A DNA stretch of 62,000 nucleotides from Acanthaster planci (Eukaryota): positions 930,001 to 992,000 of the forward strand of contig NW_019091402.1 in NCBI RefSeq assembly GCF_001949145.1, given 5' to 3'. Positions 11,676-25,015 of this stretch are shown here, piece after piece. The notes beneath the pieces were generated by a model. It did no database searches and was not told the DNA's origin. It was given only the letters and a program-made list of their open reading frames with translations. The first letter of the stretch is position 1, and each line of letters begins with the position of its first letter. The translations under genes and the position numbers were made by a program.

Positions 11676-14600
11676 CTGCAAGAAAAACAAATTTGAAGAC
11701 TCACGTTTTTTATATTCAAGAACTCCTTAGAGAAAACTACCTGCACGTACATGTTAGCAGATCGGTGAGGTATCTATATATGGACAAGGGGTGCACTCAT
11801 CTTTCTCGGAAAAACTTAAGAGAAAGGAAATATTTTAGTCTACTTATCCTTCAACCAAAGGTTCCAAAAGCCCTAAATATTCACCCTTAGAAAGGCCATA
11901 AAAACATGAACCGTTTCCAAATCCCCTCCAATTACCCCTCTATGGTCCTGGGTCCATCCGGGCATTTACAGTCGTCATTGCTAAATCGGCTACAAAAAAT
12001 AATGGTTATAACCAACACATGTATTTAGTTCCGGCGAAAATGTGCAGATTTCTATGGGAAGAAAATCTGTCACAGCGAAATCTCACTGTACGAAATTCCT
12101 GTTACAACGAAAGGTTTTTCTTGACTCCGTTGCCTGGTAAAGCATTGTTAACGACCAACTTATAACGAGTGTTAGAAAATCGCGGTGGTAAAATCAGTGC
12201 TCAATAACGCTCAACGCATTAAATGCCAAGGCATGATGGAACTAAGTGACACCTTTGTAATAGCGGAAAACATTCGCGATAACAGCCAGCCAAATAAAAC
12301 AAACAAAGATTAGTGTGCATAAAGTCTTGTGACGGACTGCATGAAAAACTGAATTGTATCCTAGTTTTGTCTCGGGAAGTTTCGATCACAATATATTATT
12401 TTTACTGATATCGTTAAATCTAAGGCAAGCAATAATCAATATATTTCATGCACACAAATTCTGAGGAAAAATGACGCATTCATTGCATTTTGTTCAACTG
12501 ATCTTCCTGTGCTTACTTCGTTAATAGTGCCACTGAACATCTCAAAAACTATTTTGTTGTTTCCATTTTGACTGCATTAGCTTTTAATTAGACCCATTTT
12601 TTCGTTTAATTCAATTTTCGTCTGATGTCGACAATACCGGACCCTCACTTCTCATCTCTTCTTGATAGGCAACACGCCACTCCAGACTACTAAAATGTCA
12701 CTTTGTATAAAAGTGAATTCAGCCACGTTTTACCTTGGATACGTAGTCTTTTAATTGTTTGAGTCCCTTTATCAGCCAAACCACTTTTTCAAAATACTGG
12801 GGGTCAGTGCTAAAATGCTTTTTGATACCGACCCAGCCAGCCACTTTAAGCTCATGAGCAAAGCCCAAGTTTTAACATTTCCCCCAGAGAAATGTACAAA
12901 GTTGCGCTGGTTATGTTACTGCCACACAGTCATAACAGTCGAAGTGACCTCAGCCCTGACACCTTGTATAGAAGTCACCAGAACAAATATTTCATGGAAA
13001 ACCTTAACCTGCGTCATATGATTATTTTGCGCAAACATACTTTTCTGCAGCAACAATGTCGCGCACCCACAAGCGTTGGCCGGAGAATCTGCATTCTTTG
13101 GAACATAAAGGGGCATACATTATGGGGCCCTCACGGCTGTTTCAAAACAACTGGTCCAAAAAGTTATCGTTATGAAAAAGAAACTAAGTGTCGAAAAAAG
13201 GAATGCAAATTCCGAGAGAAGGCTTTGAATAAAACAGACCTGCCCAAAGAATTTTCTGAAGGATGAAAAATTGTCCTCCACCAGGCCTCTGGATCTGTTT
13301 TAGTATCCCTCGCTTTTCATAAAAGAGTTACAGCCGAATAAATCAAAAACGGTATTTCGTTTTTCATATGCTGTAGCTCCTCATGAGTTTTATTCCCTGA
13401 GTAAAGACACTTAATAACCTACATCAGCCCTATACACTGCCGAATTCACTATGGGCAAGGTACCATTTTAATCTCTTCTTCTGACGGATTTATTTGCGTC
13501 GCGAGTACACAGAATCTGTAACTGTCATGACGGATACGCATAGCGGAATGATTTGTAATTTGCAAATCGAAGCAACAGCGAAGAAAGTATGACTTATTTC
13601 AAAGTGTTTGGCCATCTGCACTGTATAAAGTTCACAGCATGCGTTTACCTGTCTCGAAAGTGATTGATTTTGACGGCATTGTATGGTTGATTCTATAGTA
13701 AAGTTAAGATTATTGAAGGCCGTTCTTTGTGAAACAGCATTTTTAGATTCAAAATGATTGAAGGTCACTTAATAGCAGAAATAACATTCGGTTCTCACCC
13801 TGCCATGGATTGTTCCCTGTCAAAGAGCGTCCCGTGAGGTAATCCAAGAACATTTGCTGCAGTTGTGTTGACTTAAGGTTTCAGCCTGGTTCCCGATGAG
13901 ATCCCGTACGATAAAATTAACTTTGAGTTAGTTAAATAACTAATAACGGTGATCCTCTCCAAATGCGCTGATTACCTGTGACAGAAGTAAATGTGACCTT
14001 GAAAACAATGCAATAATTTTCCTTTTGGTGATGAAATGTCCAGAAATCACTGCTAGACTCTTTGAAACCTTAAGCGTCCTATATGCATGTGAAGGGCTAC
14101 AGCTGATTCTATTTAGGCTAGATACACATATAAGTGTGTTCACGCTTCATCGCCCTCGAGGCAGTGCATATTTGAACAGAACATGTCGCTTAAACATCAT
14201 GGTTGAGCTCTTCATATTCCTCGTTTTTATGATAATATTATCTGTTAAAGATTACATAGGGACTGCAAATAAAATAAGTCCCTTCATACACGAATGACAT
14301 TTGCTCGTGCGTTAAATCACGCGATTTGTGGCATTTTTTCAAATGACTCTTTTGAACATGTTTAAAAAGATACCTAAGAGAAGTTAAATTGTTAGTTTTT
14401 TCCTCTTGGTACACTTCAGGGGTTTAAGTGTGAGGTCGCAAATATTTGAGGAGTTTGCAATTGTATCTCAGAAAAAAATATCTTTGTTGGGTAAAACAAA
14501 CCTTCAACTGTTTCACTTTCCTGATCTGTAAATGAAAACAATACTGAAAAGAAGCCGTATACTAAACAAAAAATGGCCAACAGCAGCAGGGTTAAAGGGT

Positions 14601-16926
14601 ACGAATAAATCAAAAACGGTATTTAGCCACACCCTACAAAATATGCTGGAAACAAACGTGACACATGATTCGTCTCAAGTAAAACAAAATATCTCCTGCT
14701 GAGCTGGGCGTGTTTACGATAGGTACCATATAGTGTTCCAAAACAGGGTAAATAGTTCCGCGTTCTTTTCCATACGCAAATCTACTGTGGCTTTGTTGAT
14801 TTTACAAAGATTTCAAAAGTTCTTTGGCTTACATGTACTTGGATGGCAGGTGTTGCCTATAGGAGGACAGTGCCAACCCAACTGGAAAAGGGCAATCAAT
14901 TTGGAATGGCAATCAACTAGAAGTTGGCCCGACATATCAAAGCCGACTGAAATAAATGTGCATTTCATGCATCCTGATCAGCTAATGGGACACGTATGTT
15001 TCACTCCCATTCGACGTGTAAATGTGGAAATTAACGACATCGACCGTGCGCGGCGGTTACTTGACTAAATCCTGGTGAACCATACAGAATTGTCCTTAGC
15101 AACTTGCCAATCCTCTGTCAAGACTTCTCGATTTACTATTTCTCAATTTCATTTTCCTAAAACTAGTTAGAAAAAGGCCTTATCTTACCATGTGAAAATA
15201 GGTGAAAATAAGACGTAAATTTCATGAAATGGGGCAGCTTCTTACCTGGCACAAGTTGACTCAAGTTAGACTGACGTTGCTACCCTTTCGGTAACCACTA
15301 AATACCAACCGGTGTAGCGGTTCGGGTTCCATCGTATTCGGCCGGCGCGCCCCGACGTGGTGACCTCACACATGTCACATGACGTCATGTGGAGGCGGTA
15401 CTGTGGGTACACACAACCACGTGTGGCATGCCTATCGCGTATTATCGGGTTAATGTACTGTACATAGTACATGACATGTACATGGTGAACCATGTCGCGG
15501 ACGCCGGGCATAAACATAAGCCACGGAACGATCCTTCAATCTCTTTCCGGCTACATGCACGTGTAGCAGTGTTCAAACTCAGCTGACCGGTTTCGTTTGC
15601 AACATGGAGCTAAAGTCACGTCCCATGAAAACCTAAGCCAATCCTTGGTTGGGATATCCATGGAGGTATCTTATACTGATATAGTTGATTTTACGAGAAA
15701 TCCCGCGCATACTCGAGTATGCGGGGGAATTTTTATGAAATTTTGGATATGGAGGTCAAAAACTGTTCTTGCCAGTGGCGATGTAGACAGCAAATATGAA
15801 CGCACGTCCCTGCCCATTTAAACCTGGAGTTTTTGGCTGCAAGGCCCTTTTCTAGGTATCCAAACAAAGAATTTAGATTTTTCAAAAATTAAGTTATGCC
15901 ATCATGTAACCAGTTTCCAAAGTATCAAAGGTGAGCCACTAAAACCGGACTTTTTCAGCCTGACACCGTACACAGTCGTCGCACTCGGCCTGGCAGCTCC
16001 CATAAAGCTGATAAGGCGCTCTCATTTGATAGCCTTTTTAATAATTTCCCTCTAAAATATACGTAGGGAGCACAGTGCTAACCGAAACCACGCGCTCATA
16101 AAGTTTAGGATTGCGCGCCTGAATCGCCGTCTGTCGGACGTCATTCGGGACTTCAGGGAGGGTGTCAAACCCCCTCTACGACGTTCTTATCCAAAAAATG
16201 AGGCCACCAAGAACAATACTAAACCAAAATGGCAGATTATTTCTGCTCCCCTGCCTTTCCTTACGGCAAGAAAATTGTCTAAAATATTTCTGATTACTGT
16301 TCATGACAAAATCGTGGTGATGACGTCATGACGAGCGCGCATGTTGGTCTGGTGGTTTGTCATTTTCACACACAAAAGACTTTGCAATCTACAGTGTCAG
16401 AGCTACGTTTTATCTCGTCCTTAACACTGCAGTTTTATAAGTTTTGTAACATAATATTTACCCTTTGATTTCAAATTACTTAAAATTAGCTGCATCAATT
16501 CTTTCCTTAAAATGCTGACGAAAGATGAAACCGCATTCTAAACATGATGTTAATGGCGCAATTATCAGCATAATATGACTGGGTTATTTCTACATTTTAT
16601 CCAAGGCAATTACTTTTCCAAGATTACTGTGACAAAGTACAAACTCTGACAATTATGAGAAAGCCCTCCACTTTTTATTTCTTTTGGAATGCATATTGGT
16701 TTTCGTGTTTGACTTTTTTCCCCTTCACTTTCGTTTACAACCCCCCTCCCCCCAAATGTGGGGGGGGAGATGTTTTCGAAATTCATTTAAAAATGTATAT
16801 ACCTTTCTGAATTTTATGAAACGGTGAGGAAATAAATACTTGTAGAAGCCTGTGTAGGCATATTCGATGTTATGAGTTAAGGACCAACACCACTTGCTCG
16901 ATGCAGGCGCGCCCTCATTGGACTGA

Positions 16927-19900
16927 TTATTTGTTTTCCAGTTTGATAGTCTTGTCCGTCCTGGGATCCATAAAAGCTTTGCCTGTGATGTCATCGATAT
17001 GTCGGCTCTCCAGAATTGCCGAGTTGGGAACCTACCGACGAAAAAAAACACTTCAAACTGAAATTTCCTCTACATAAACTCGACTTTTTAAGTTGGTCTT
17101 ATTACATGAGCTCGCCATAACGTCACCGTGACCTTTCTTTAATTAGCTCATATTCCATTGTCTCGTATCTATTTATGCAATACATTGTTGAGTTTTACAT
17201 TGCAAGTTTGACCCTAGTCTCGGTTCCAAAACGTTACTATGTGTTCGCGCAGTAAATTTTGCCAGTCAACCGAGGGCGCTATGTGACGACCGATTGCGCA
17301 AGACAATGGGTGCATCCCACGAGATGTTTTACAATAAGACAGGCAATAATAAGGTGGCATCATAATAATATTTCTATAAACCCCGAATTTAGGACTGGTA
17401 GTTTCCAGTTTGGGGTATTTCTTTCGCAAAAATCCCCAAATTGCGGACCTATTTTGGATAGAGGCGGGCAGCTACATTCAGAAATGAGCGCTTAGTTTTA
17501 CTAGTATTTTAGAGGTATCTTCATTAAAAGATGAATAAAAAAAATTCGTGGCTAACCCCCATGAAATTGAAACAAAAAGTGATCTTCTGGCCATAATTTT
17601 GAGTTTCCCGTGAAAAACGGAGGTCATCCTCTTTATGAGAGTCAACAGGTGGCGTTATTTCGGTCCGATTTTGCAATGTTTTCTATAGGCGCGTATTTGG
17701 TGTAGTGCAACCTTATCGCATGCGAATACGGACCTCGTCCGTCACATAGCGCCCTCTTTTGAGTGGCAAAATGTATTGCGCTTAAGCGTTCATGAATATA
17801 CACCAAAATAAGTTTGACCCATAAACCGGTCAACGTGACTTTGTGTGATCGTGACGTACACCTCATGTCTTCTAACAGTGAACTGCTGATAAACATTATA
17901 CTGGCAACTTACAATCCTGTCTCTACTTTGCCGGTGAGAGAGTGCGTCTATACAGTCAGAATGGATATCAGAACGATGAAAACAACGCACCTTGTGTAGC
18001 GGCGTATAGCAGGGATGGTGGTGCTCCTTGAAAGGATTGTTGCTGGCTCGATTGTACGAGATGATGAACACCCAGCGTCTTCTATCGCTGTCGTTACGGT
18101 CGCTCCGGTGCAGCACATTGGCATGGAAGAACAGCGCGTCGCCGGGGTTCAGCTCTACGTACACCAGCTCCAGCACCTTGTCAATGGAAGACAGCGTCAC
18201 ATGCATCATAATGTTCAGTGAATAACGCGAGTAGACTATGGAATCACCAAAATGATAGTCTAGAATCCTACCTTCTTCGCTTCTTCGACGCGTGCTACAT
18301 CTGCTCCAGTCTGGCCCCCGACCATAAGATGCTCAATGCGGCCCAGCTTATGTGAACCCCGAAGTACCTGAAACCAGTGGCAGAATATTGAGATAAATTA
18401 TTCCAGACGTTTTCAGGTGACCTTTAAAAACACCCAACCCAAGAAATGGACATTCCCTTACCTGCAAGCACCCATTTTCCTTGTCTGTCTTGTCGATGGC
18501 GATAAAGACAGATCCCATGTCAGGGAAGAGACATCCGTTTTTGTACCAGTAGCTTAATATTAGAGTAAAAAGAAAGGATTACTTTATAAACTTCAAAATC
18601 CAATAAATAATGCTCAACAATTATCAGATACATCGTCAATAGGAATATGAGCTTCGAACAGAAATAACATGACAAAGTTTTGGTCATTAATCATCTTACA
18701 GTTTCAAATGCAACGCCAAAGAATCACGATGTTTGAAAGATTTTATTCTTTGAAACTGCACGAATTTAACAGTGAAGTTATACTGTAAAAAGTTCGATAC
18801 GCTAAAAGCCAATCTGTGATGGGTGAGACCATTTTGGCGATAGGCCTGATTGTATACGGTTTGGACTATTTACGTACTGCACCGCCTAAAAGGCTGTTAC
18901 AGACTGAAAGAAAACATTTTGTGCTTTACCCATAATCCTGATGCCACACGTGTGAACCGCCTGTTCTTGCTTCCTTCATCATGAGTTTGGTGTGATAGTG
19001 GTACACCTCCCCTCCTAGAATCTAGCAAATATCACACAAGATACCAAAAACGACCTCAACCAGCCAGGCACCTACGCCTGTGATGGAGACTAAGTACCTT
19101 TTCCTCGTCTTCTGACCATGCATCTTAAACTTATGTCTGTAGACAATGCCAAGTGTGTTATCTCCAGTAGTGACCTTGTCACATTAATTGCAACACTAGC
19201 CAGCAACGAATGGCCGCCTTAGTGGTTCGGTGTGTGAAATCTTGACATTTTCTCCATCTTATCCTTGTGGTTATGCTTCTTGATTCCGAAGTCCCTGAAT
19301 GCTATGACCCAAAAGACGTTATGAGCCTCAAGCTTGACCAAGAGATGGCCCCTTTCTTTGCAACAGAGGCTCCTTTGGTTAGAACTGAACTTCGGTGGTT
19401 CATGCACGACTGTGGAATGTACGCGTTACGGTCGCATCGCTATCGACAAAATGCAGTCCCGACAAGCGCAGCTCTTTTCGACCGATGAGGTGGTGTTTCT
19501 GCTCAAGGTGGATAATGGAATTTAAACAAGATTCGGAGTCCCTCCATTTGTTTTGAGTGAGTCATAACTGGGGATGAATGCGAGGTTTGAAGAGTGACAA
19601 AAACTGCCTTCACAGATTCAGCCAACCTTTTCCATGGTGCCTGCCACCTTCTCGCATCTCGCCAGCATCCCTGTCACATCGGAGCCCGGGTGGTTCCACA
19701 AGCTCAACTTACTGCACCGGCCTTCCCCGTCTGACAGATCGAAAGCGTGGGCCCGTATGCCCCCGTCCCGGTCGATGGCCGATCGCAAGGCGTCCATTTC
19801 CTCAGCGCTTACTAAAGACCTACAAACCGAGGGGTGGAAGAAATCAGAAGATGCAAAATACAGAAGCTTTCTGGGGCTTTCTTACAGAAGCTTTCATTTA

Positions 19901-20972
19901 GGATGTTCAAGGTTTTTATCCATCTGGGTTGATTTACACCACCAACAGGACAGAAATCCGGTCCCTCTACCTTATTAGAGGGCCCCCGCCCTCTGTCAAT
20001 TAGAATTGACAGAGGGCGGGGATGAGAATCGACGAGGGGGCGTATTTACCTGACAATAAGGTATCCCTCCTGCCCAAACGCTTTCTGCATCTCTTCGGTC
20101 ACTTCGAAATCTCCCGTGAAAGTAAAATCTGTCGTGGTTGGGAGAACAAAAACATCATACTGTCACTTGAAGGGCTTGTTTTGTTCATATTGTTCCTGCT
20201 GGATAATAACCTTTTACCTGGATAAAAACCGTAACAGTTCGTTCATTATGATAACAATAATTGTAATCAATTCTACGGCTTGTTAATAGGCCTATAGCCG
20301 GCTGGCCTTCCTAGCGCACAGAGAAGACCTGAAAAATATCGCGCGCATACGTCACGCATGAATTCCGCAATATGACACAAGTACACGCTTATTAGGTCGT
20401 ACATGTAACCAACAACCTTTGTCTCCTCTTCAATGGTTAACTGAATTTCTCCTCTGTGCCTCTGGCACTGCTCCTGTCGTGCTATAAGAGTCTTTTGGTT
20501 ATAAGCATGATACAAGATAGTCGTGTATGGATGTGTAATCGTGCGCATGTGTATGCCAACATTCCCCATACTTGACTGTACATTTTAGTTAAACAGTAGA
20601 CCGCATGTACTGGGTAAGTACATTCGGCCATTGTGTTTACTCTGCTGCTATATTGGGACCTATGCACAGCCACATTGTAGAACGATCGCCTAGCACCTAG
20701 ACAGATGGGCAGCTGTGAAAATGGGCTACACATTGTATCCTACCTGTCCTGCCAATGGGCGCCATTATTGCTGTATAACCCGTCAAACTTCAAAGAGTCC
20801 GGACAAGGCGTGGCTTGTTTAACATCTCCACCTGTAGTCCGAGGCAATGTACATGTACTATATATGTGTATTTACTGTGTAACCTGTATGTGTGTGTGAC
20901 AGTAACGTCGTGCACTGTGGCAAGCGTAATTCGATCTCCATTATCTCACTGACCTTCGTCACAGCCGAACAT
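16927..20972 (-). CDS. PhyH-family Fe(II)/2-oxoglutarate dioxygenase (ectoine/L-proline hydroxylase-like), 8 coding exons, about 286 aa
   Basis: Exons 20954-20972, 20050-20128, 19627-19819, 18930-19021, 18462-18552, 18272-18367, 17991-18176 and 16927-17031. All introns are GT-AG with consistent phases (861 nt). Translation includes [35 protein letters not shown] (HxD), [27 protein letters not shown] (distal His) and RRW. The first 19-nt exon (MFGCDE) is the least certain. Confidence 0.9.
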
Positions 20973-21918
20973 TATAGGGCCTACATAGGCCCTGATGTGT
21001 CTCCGGTTTTGTTTTTGAATAACACGCTGAGGAAAGTTGACTTGAATGAAGGCTATATCGCGGCTTAAGAAATGTTTTTTAAAGGAAGTTCGACATTTTC
21101 AATGGGGAAGCTTTCAATAGGCATGAAGGCTAGTCTCCTCTCAAGACTGGAATTAATGAAATCATATCCATAGGAGGGTAAAAGATGTATCCCCACACAG
21201 TTGCGTATTAGAAACACACACGCCCCCTGTGCGCCTGCACATTTCGTTGACCTTAGTCAAATTGGACTTCGCCACATGAACGTGACAACGTGATTGTCAT
21301 CATATTCTGTGGGACGCACTTGTGACCAAATGGGCTCTGCTAATTGAAATACGTGATGTAATTACAATACATGTAGGCCTATGGCTCAGACATACCCATC
21401 AATACGATTCAAGCAAGGAGATGACAGAAGAGTAATTTAAAACTGACATCTCAGAAACATTAACATCGAACTCTATCAATTAACTCTATTGCATTTTTTT
21501 AGATTTTTATTCTTTCAACACGAGACTTACGTGCATTGGCCACTGAAAATGAGACAAGGGTTTTTTGTTTGAAAGTAGCAAATGTTAAAAATAGATCTAA
21601 TGGTCTTCCCCCTTGATGGTTGTTTTTAATTGCCACTTGATGACAAAAGTTAAAGTCAAAATAAATATATCTCCTACCCAACAACAGACTGCAATAAAGG
21701 GAACCATCGTATATTTGAATTTGCTTTGTCATCAACACCTGTGGTATCTTGGTGGGAAAATGGCATTTGGTGTTGACGTCTTGTTGGATTGGAAGTGACC
21801 AAATAATGAAAGGCGATGATGAAAGTCTCGCTGCTGTGAAACAGTCTTTCGTACCTGATGCAGGTTCCTAAAAACGTACTGACCATCCCTGCAGTGGTCA
21901 GAGTCTGCGATACTTCGG

Positions 21919-22045
21919 TACGGGTGATTCACAATAGCGCGCCTCCAAGAGTTTCCAAACACGGTTTGGGTCGACAGAGTTCGCGCATTGTAATTGGCCA
22001 ACGCGTTGTAAACTCTTGGAGGCGCGCTATTGTGAAACACCCGTA
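21919..22045. mobile_element. Short palindromic MITE with TA ends (Tc1/mariner-like)
   Basis: 36-bp terminal inverted repeat TACGGGTG(A/T)TTCACAATAGCGCGCCTCCAAGAGTTT with one mismatch. Related to the element at 58614-58785. Confidence 0.75.
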
Positions 22046-23929
22046 TTCATCTCTGCGTCGCATATAGCACGCATGTTCTGGGATTTGTGGATAACGTCAT
22101 TAACATAATATTTTCCATAAATACTGTAAGAAAGCTGAATCACATTTCGATTTCACACATTTGTTTTCCTATAATTAGCTCAAAAGAACAAAATGTTTAA
22201 AGTAGCGCCATTTTACTATTTTCACTTTCATAGCGCTGCCCCAGATCTTTTTTGCTTTCCCATCTCGGCGCTTATTAATTCCATGAGCTTAATTGTCGAA
22301 GCAAAAGATGGACTGACTTTTTCTTGGATTCATTCCGAATCATTGGAAACAGAATTTGGAATGACGTGATCAGAAGACAAATACTCAAAGCAACTGGAAT
22401 CACGTTGTACAGTCCTGATCCTCGTGTGGATTTCATATTGCATAATTTAAACTTATGAAGGCTGCTCGTTGGTTTTAAAGCATCAATAATTTATTGCCAT
22501 CCTCATTTTGGAGGGGGAAGCAAATTCATTCTTTTACACATTACTGACGAGCCAAGCATTTTTCTCTTTACCATTTAAGACTAAAAAACTAACTTGGGAT
22601 AACGGACAATATTTATCTGCAAAATCACACTCTTTCCCTCGTATTTTTATGGTACCCCCTTCGACGCAATAAAAATGGTTTCCGCTCAATAGCCATACAT
22701 CCAGATTACAAGAGCATCGTTCTTTACAACAGTGCTTTGTTCGCAATGCTCGTGTTCTACATTCAAATTCCAAGGAAGTCAATTCCAAGATGCAGGTAAA
22801 CTTGCAGCTTAATAATCTACACCAATGTGTAAAACATATTTGATTGGTCAGTAATCATGTCACTTGTTTTTAAAAACTGTATCCTATCATGGCTACGTCC
22901 TTTTTCTCTGGCACTAATGTCCCAGAGACGACTTCTCAGATGCCCTGATGACTCGACCCGCTGCAGTCACGTGATCGATAGTTGATTAGGCAGCCTCTAT
23001 CCTCAACATGCACTAAACGAGCTCCAGCCAGCCATTTCAAGCACTCATTATTCCCAAAACGATTTTTTAAAGCAGTGATGCCAAGTACAAAGTAAGGGGT
23101 AAATCACAATGCTTGACATGGATAAAAATCCACAAGCCACCGGAGTTGTCAAGTTTTTATCTGAAAATTCACAGCGAAGAAAAACTAAGTTGAAATCTGC
23201 CAGTACCTATATCATCTTCTCACTTTTTTCTTGATATATAACAACAAGCAGATTATCTCTTTCCCGATTAATAGCCTTGGATTAGTAATGTGTGCACGCG
23301 GCATGCCTGTGTGGTGCGAAGTGACGCAACGGCATGACGCAAGGGAGACACTTGTATTGTCGCTCTTGCCGGCACGTAGCGTTTTGAAGAGGCGAAGCGT
23401 TGTTTCGCCAGTAGACCTTGTCAGCAGACGAAGGGATTCACAGGTTTCCAGTCTATTCGTCGTGACGATAAATTGATATAATGGGGCTTCTTGAGTTCAG
23501 TCTGAACGAATTCTAGTCAGCTGTCTTTTAACAGTCTTCCAGAGTAAGTTTGGATTTGGATCCAAGTTGCCAAGAAAGGTCAACTTTTCAACGGAAGGCT
23601 CGTGTAACATGTTCATAATCATAGTATTGAAAATAATGTCGTAAAATGTACTGTTCTGAAACCATTATATGAATTATTAACTCTTTCATCAAATATATGA
23701 GATACTGAAATAAAACTTTACGAAGACTTAACATTTGATCTTTAAAGATACAGCAAATTAGACTAAAATGTTCGATTTGTTATTGTACAGCTGAGATCAG
23801 TAGGAACGGTTACACCGTCCCAAATAACCAATGTGAGAAGGTAGTCAGCTTTCTCTTTTGAGAAGACACCTCACTTCCAATTTCATACAACCATGAAGCT
23901 GTAATTATTCGCTTTTTGGAAAGATTTGG

Positions 23930-25015
23930 TTATGTTTCTGGATCCTTCTGTGACGGTACTGTGTTCTCAGTGCCGTTTACAGTCGTGACTTCGATTCTCG
24001 CAGGCACGACATTGTTCCTGCGCCGGTTACAACAGACCATCATGATGACCGCCTTGCGGAACTTGTCATACTTGAAGCCGTAGAGGAATGGGTTGATGCT
24101 GGAATTCAGGGCCCCCAGAATGACCACAATTTGTTGCTGGATTACAGGCTGCGGCTCCGTGTTCACCAGATTGGCCACGGTGGTGATGTAGATGGCGCGA
24201 CAGGGGAATATCAGGAGGGCGAACGCCACCGTGACGAGGATGAGCGTGTGCACGACGCGCTGGTGGGCGCGATGGAGCTCCTGGGGAGGGCCGTTGATTC
24301 CTTGGTGCTCTAAGCTCCGGGCGTTACGCTTCAAGCTTCTCATGATGCCGGTGTACATGACTATCATCGCCAGGACGGGGACCAGTACGGACAGGATGGA
24401 ACTCACGACGGGAATCAGGACGATCCAGGGCTCCTCCTTGGCTGTCGAGGCCCAGCAGTTGTTGTTGAGGTACTTGATGATGAACCAGAGGCCAGCGGGG
24501 AGTTCCAAGAGGAAGGGAACGATCCAGGCGAGCAGGAGGAGGACGACTAGTCTCCGTGAGCGGAAGAACTCCGGATGTCGCAAGGGATGGACGATGCCCA
24601 CGAACCGCTCTACCGTCAGCAGGAGCAGACACATCGGGGAGCTGTCCTCCAAGCCCCGCTGAAAGATGGAGTAGATCTGCACCTCCACGTAGCTGTCGAT
24701 GGTCTTGTTCGTGAAGCACGAGGGAAGCTCGTCCGGGGCATACTTCCCCCAAAGCAGCCACGGGTTTAAGATGCTGCAAAGGGAGACCAAGGCGTCGGCG
24801 ATGGCCAAGTTGAGGATGAGGTAATTGGTGAGGTAGTGGAGGCCTTTTGTCCGCAAGATTGTCAGAACAACCAAAATATTTCCGATCAAACCAACCGCAC
24901 CGATGGATACCTCGAGACCGATGAGTGCATCATTCGGGTAAGCCTTAGGCACCTGTATCGTCCCGTTTATAATCAGTTCGATAAATTCAGATTGACCGGT
25001 CTTTGAATTCTCCAT
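23930..25015 (-). CDS. Intronless rhodopsin-like (class A) GPCR, orphan / possible chemoreceptor, 361 aa
   Basis: Seven hydrophobic segments: TM1 GLIGNILVV, TM2 NLAIAD, ERF (DRY-equivalent), TM4 AWIVP, TM5 P..Y, TM6 AFALLIFP, TM7 NSSINPFLY. Helix 8 KFRKA and a CC palmitoylation site follow. N-terminal N-glycosylation sequons are present and codon usage is GC-rich. Confidence 0.95.
   Translation of the reverse strand: MENSKTGQSEFIELIINGTIQVPKAYPNDALIGLEVSIGAVGLIGNILVVLTILRTKGLHYLTNYLILNLAIADALVSLCSILNPWLLWGKYAPDELPSCFTNKTIDSYVEVQIYSIFQRGLEDSSPMCLLLLTVERFVGIVHPLRHPEFFRSRRLVVLLLLAWIVPFLLELPAGLWFIIKYLNNNCWASTAKEEPWIVLIPVVSSILSVLVPVLAMIVMYTGIMRSLKRNARSLEHQGINGPPQELHRAHQRVVHTLILVTVAFALLIFPCRAIYITTVANLVNTEPQPVIQQQIVVILGALNSSINPFLYGFKYDKFRKAVIMMVCCNRRRNNVVPARIEVTTVNGTENTVPSQKDPET

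Noticed and set aside
13335..14625. Shared 23-mer CGAATAAATCAAAAACGGTATTT at ~13335 and ~14602
   Set aside because: Probably fragments of an old dispersed repeat; no boundaries or TSD could be defined.
24192..24779. 156-aa and 151-aa ORFs overlapping the GPCR
   Set aside because: Alternative-frame or antisense shadows of a GC-rich CDS.
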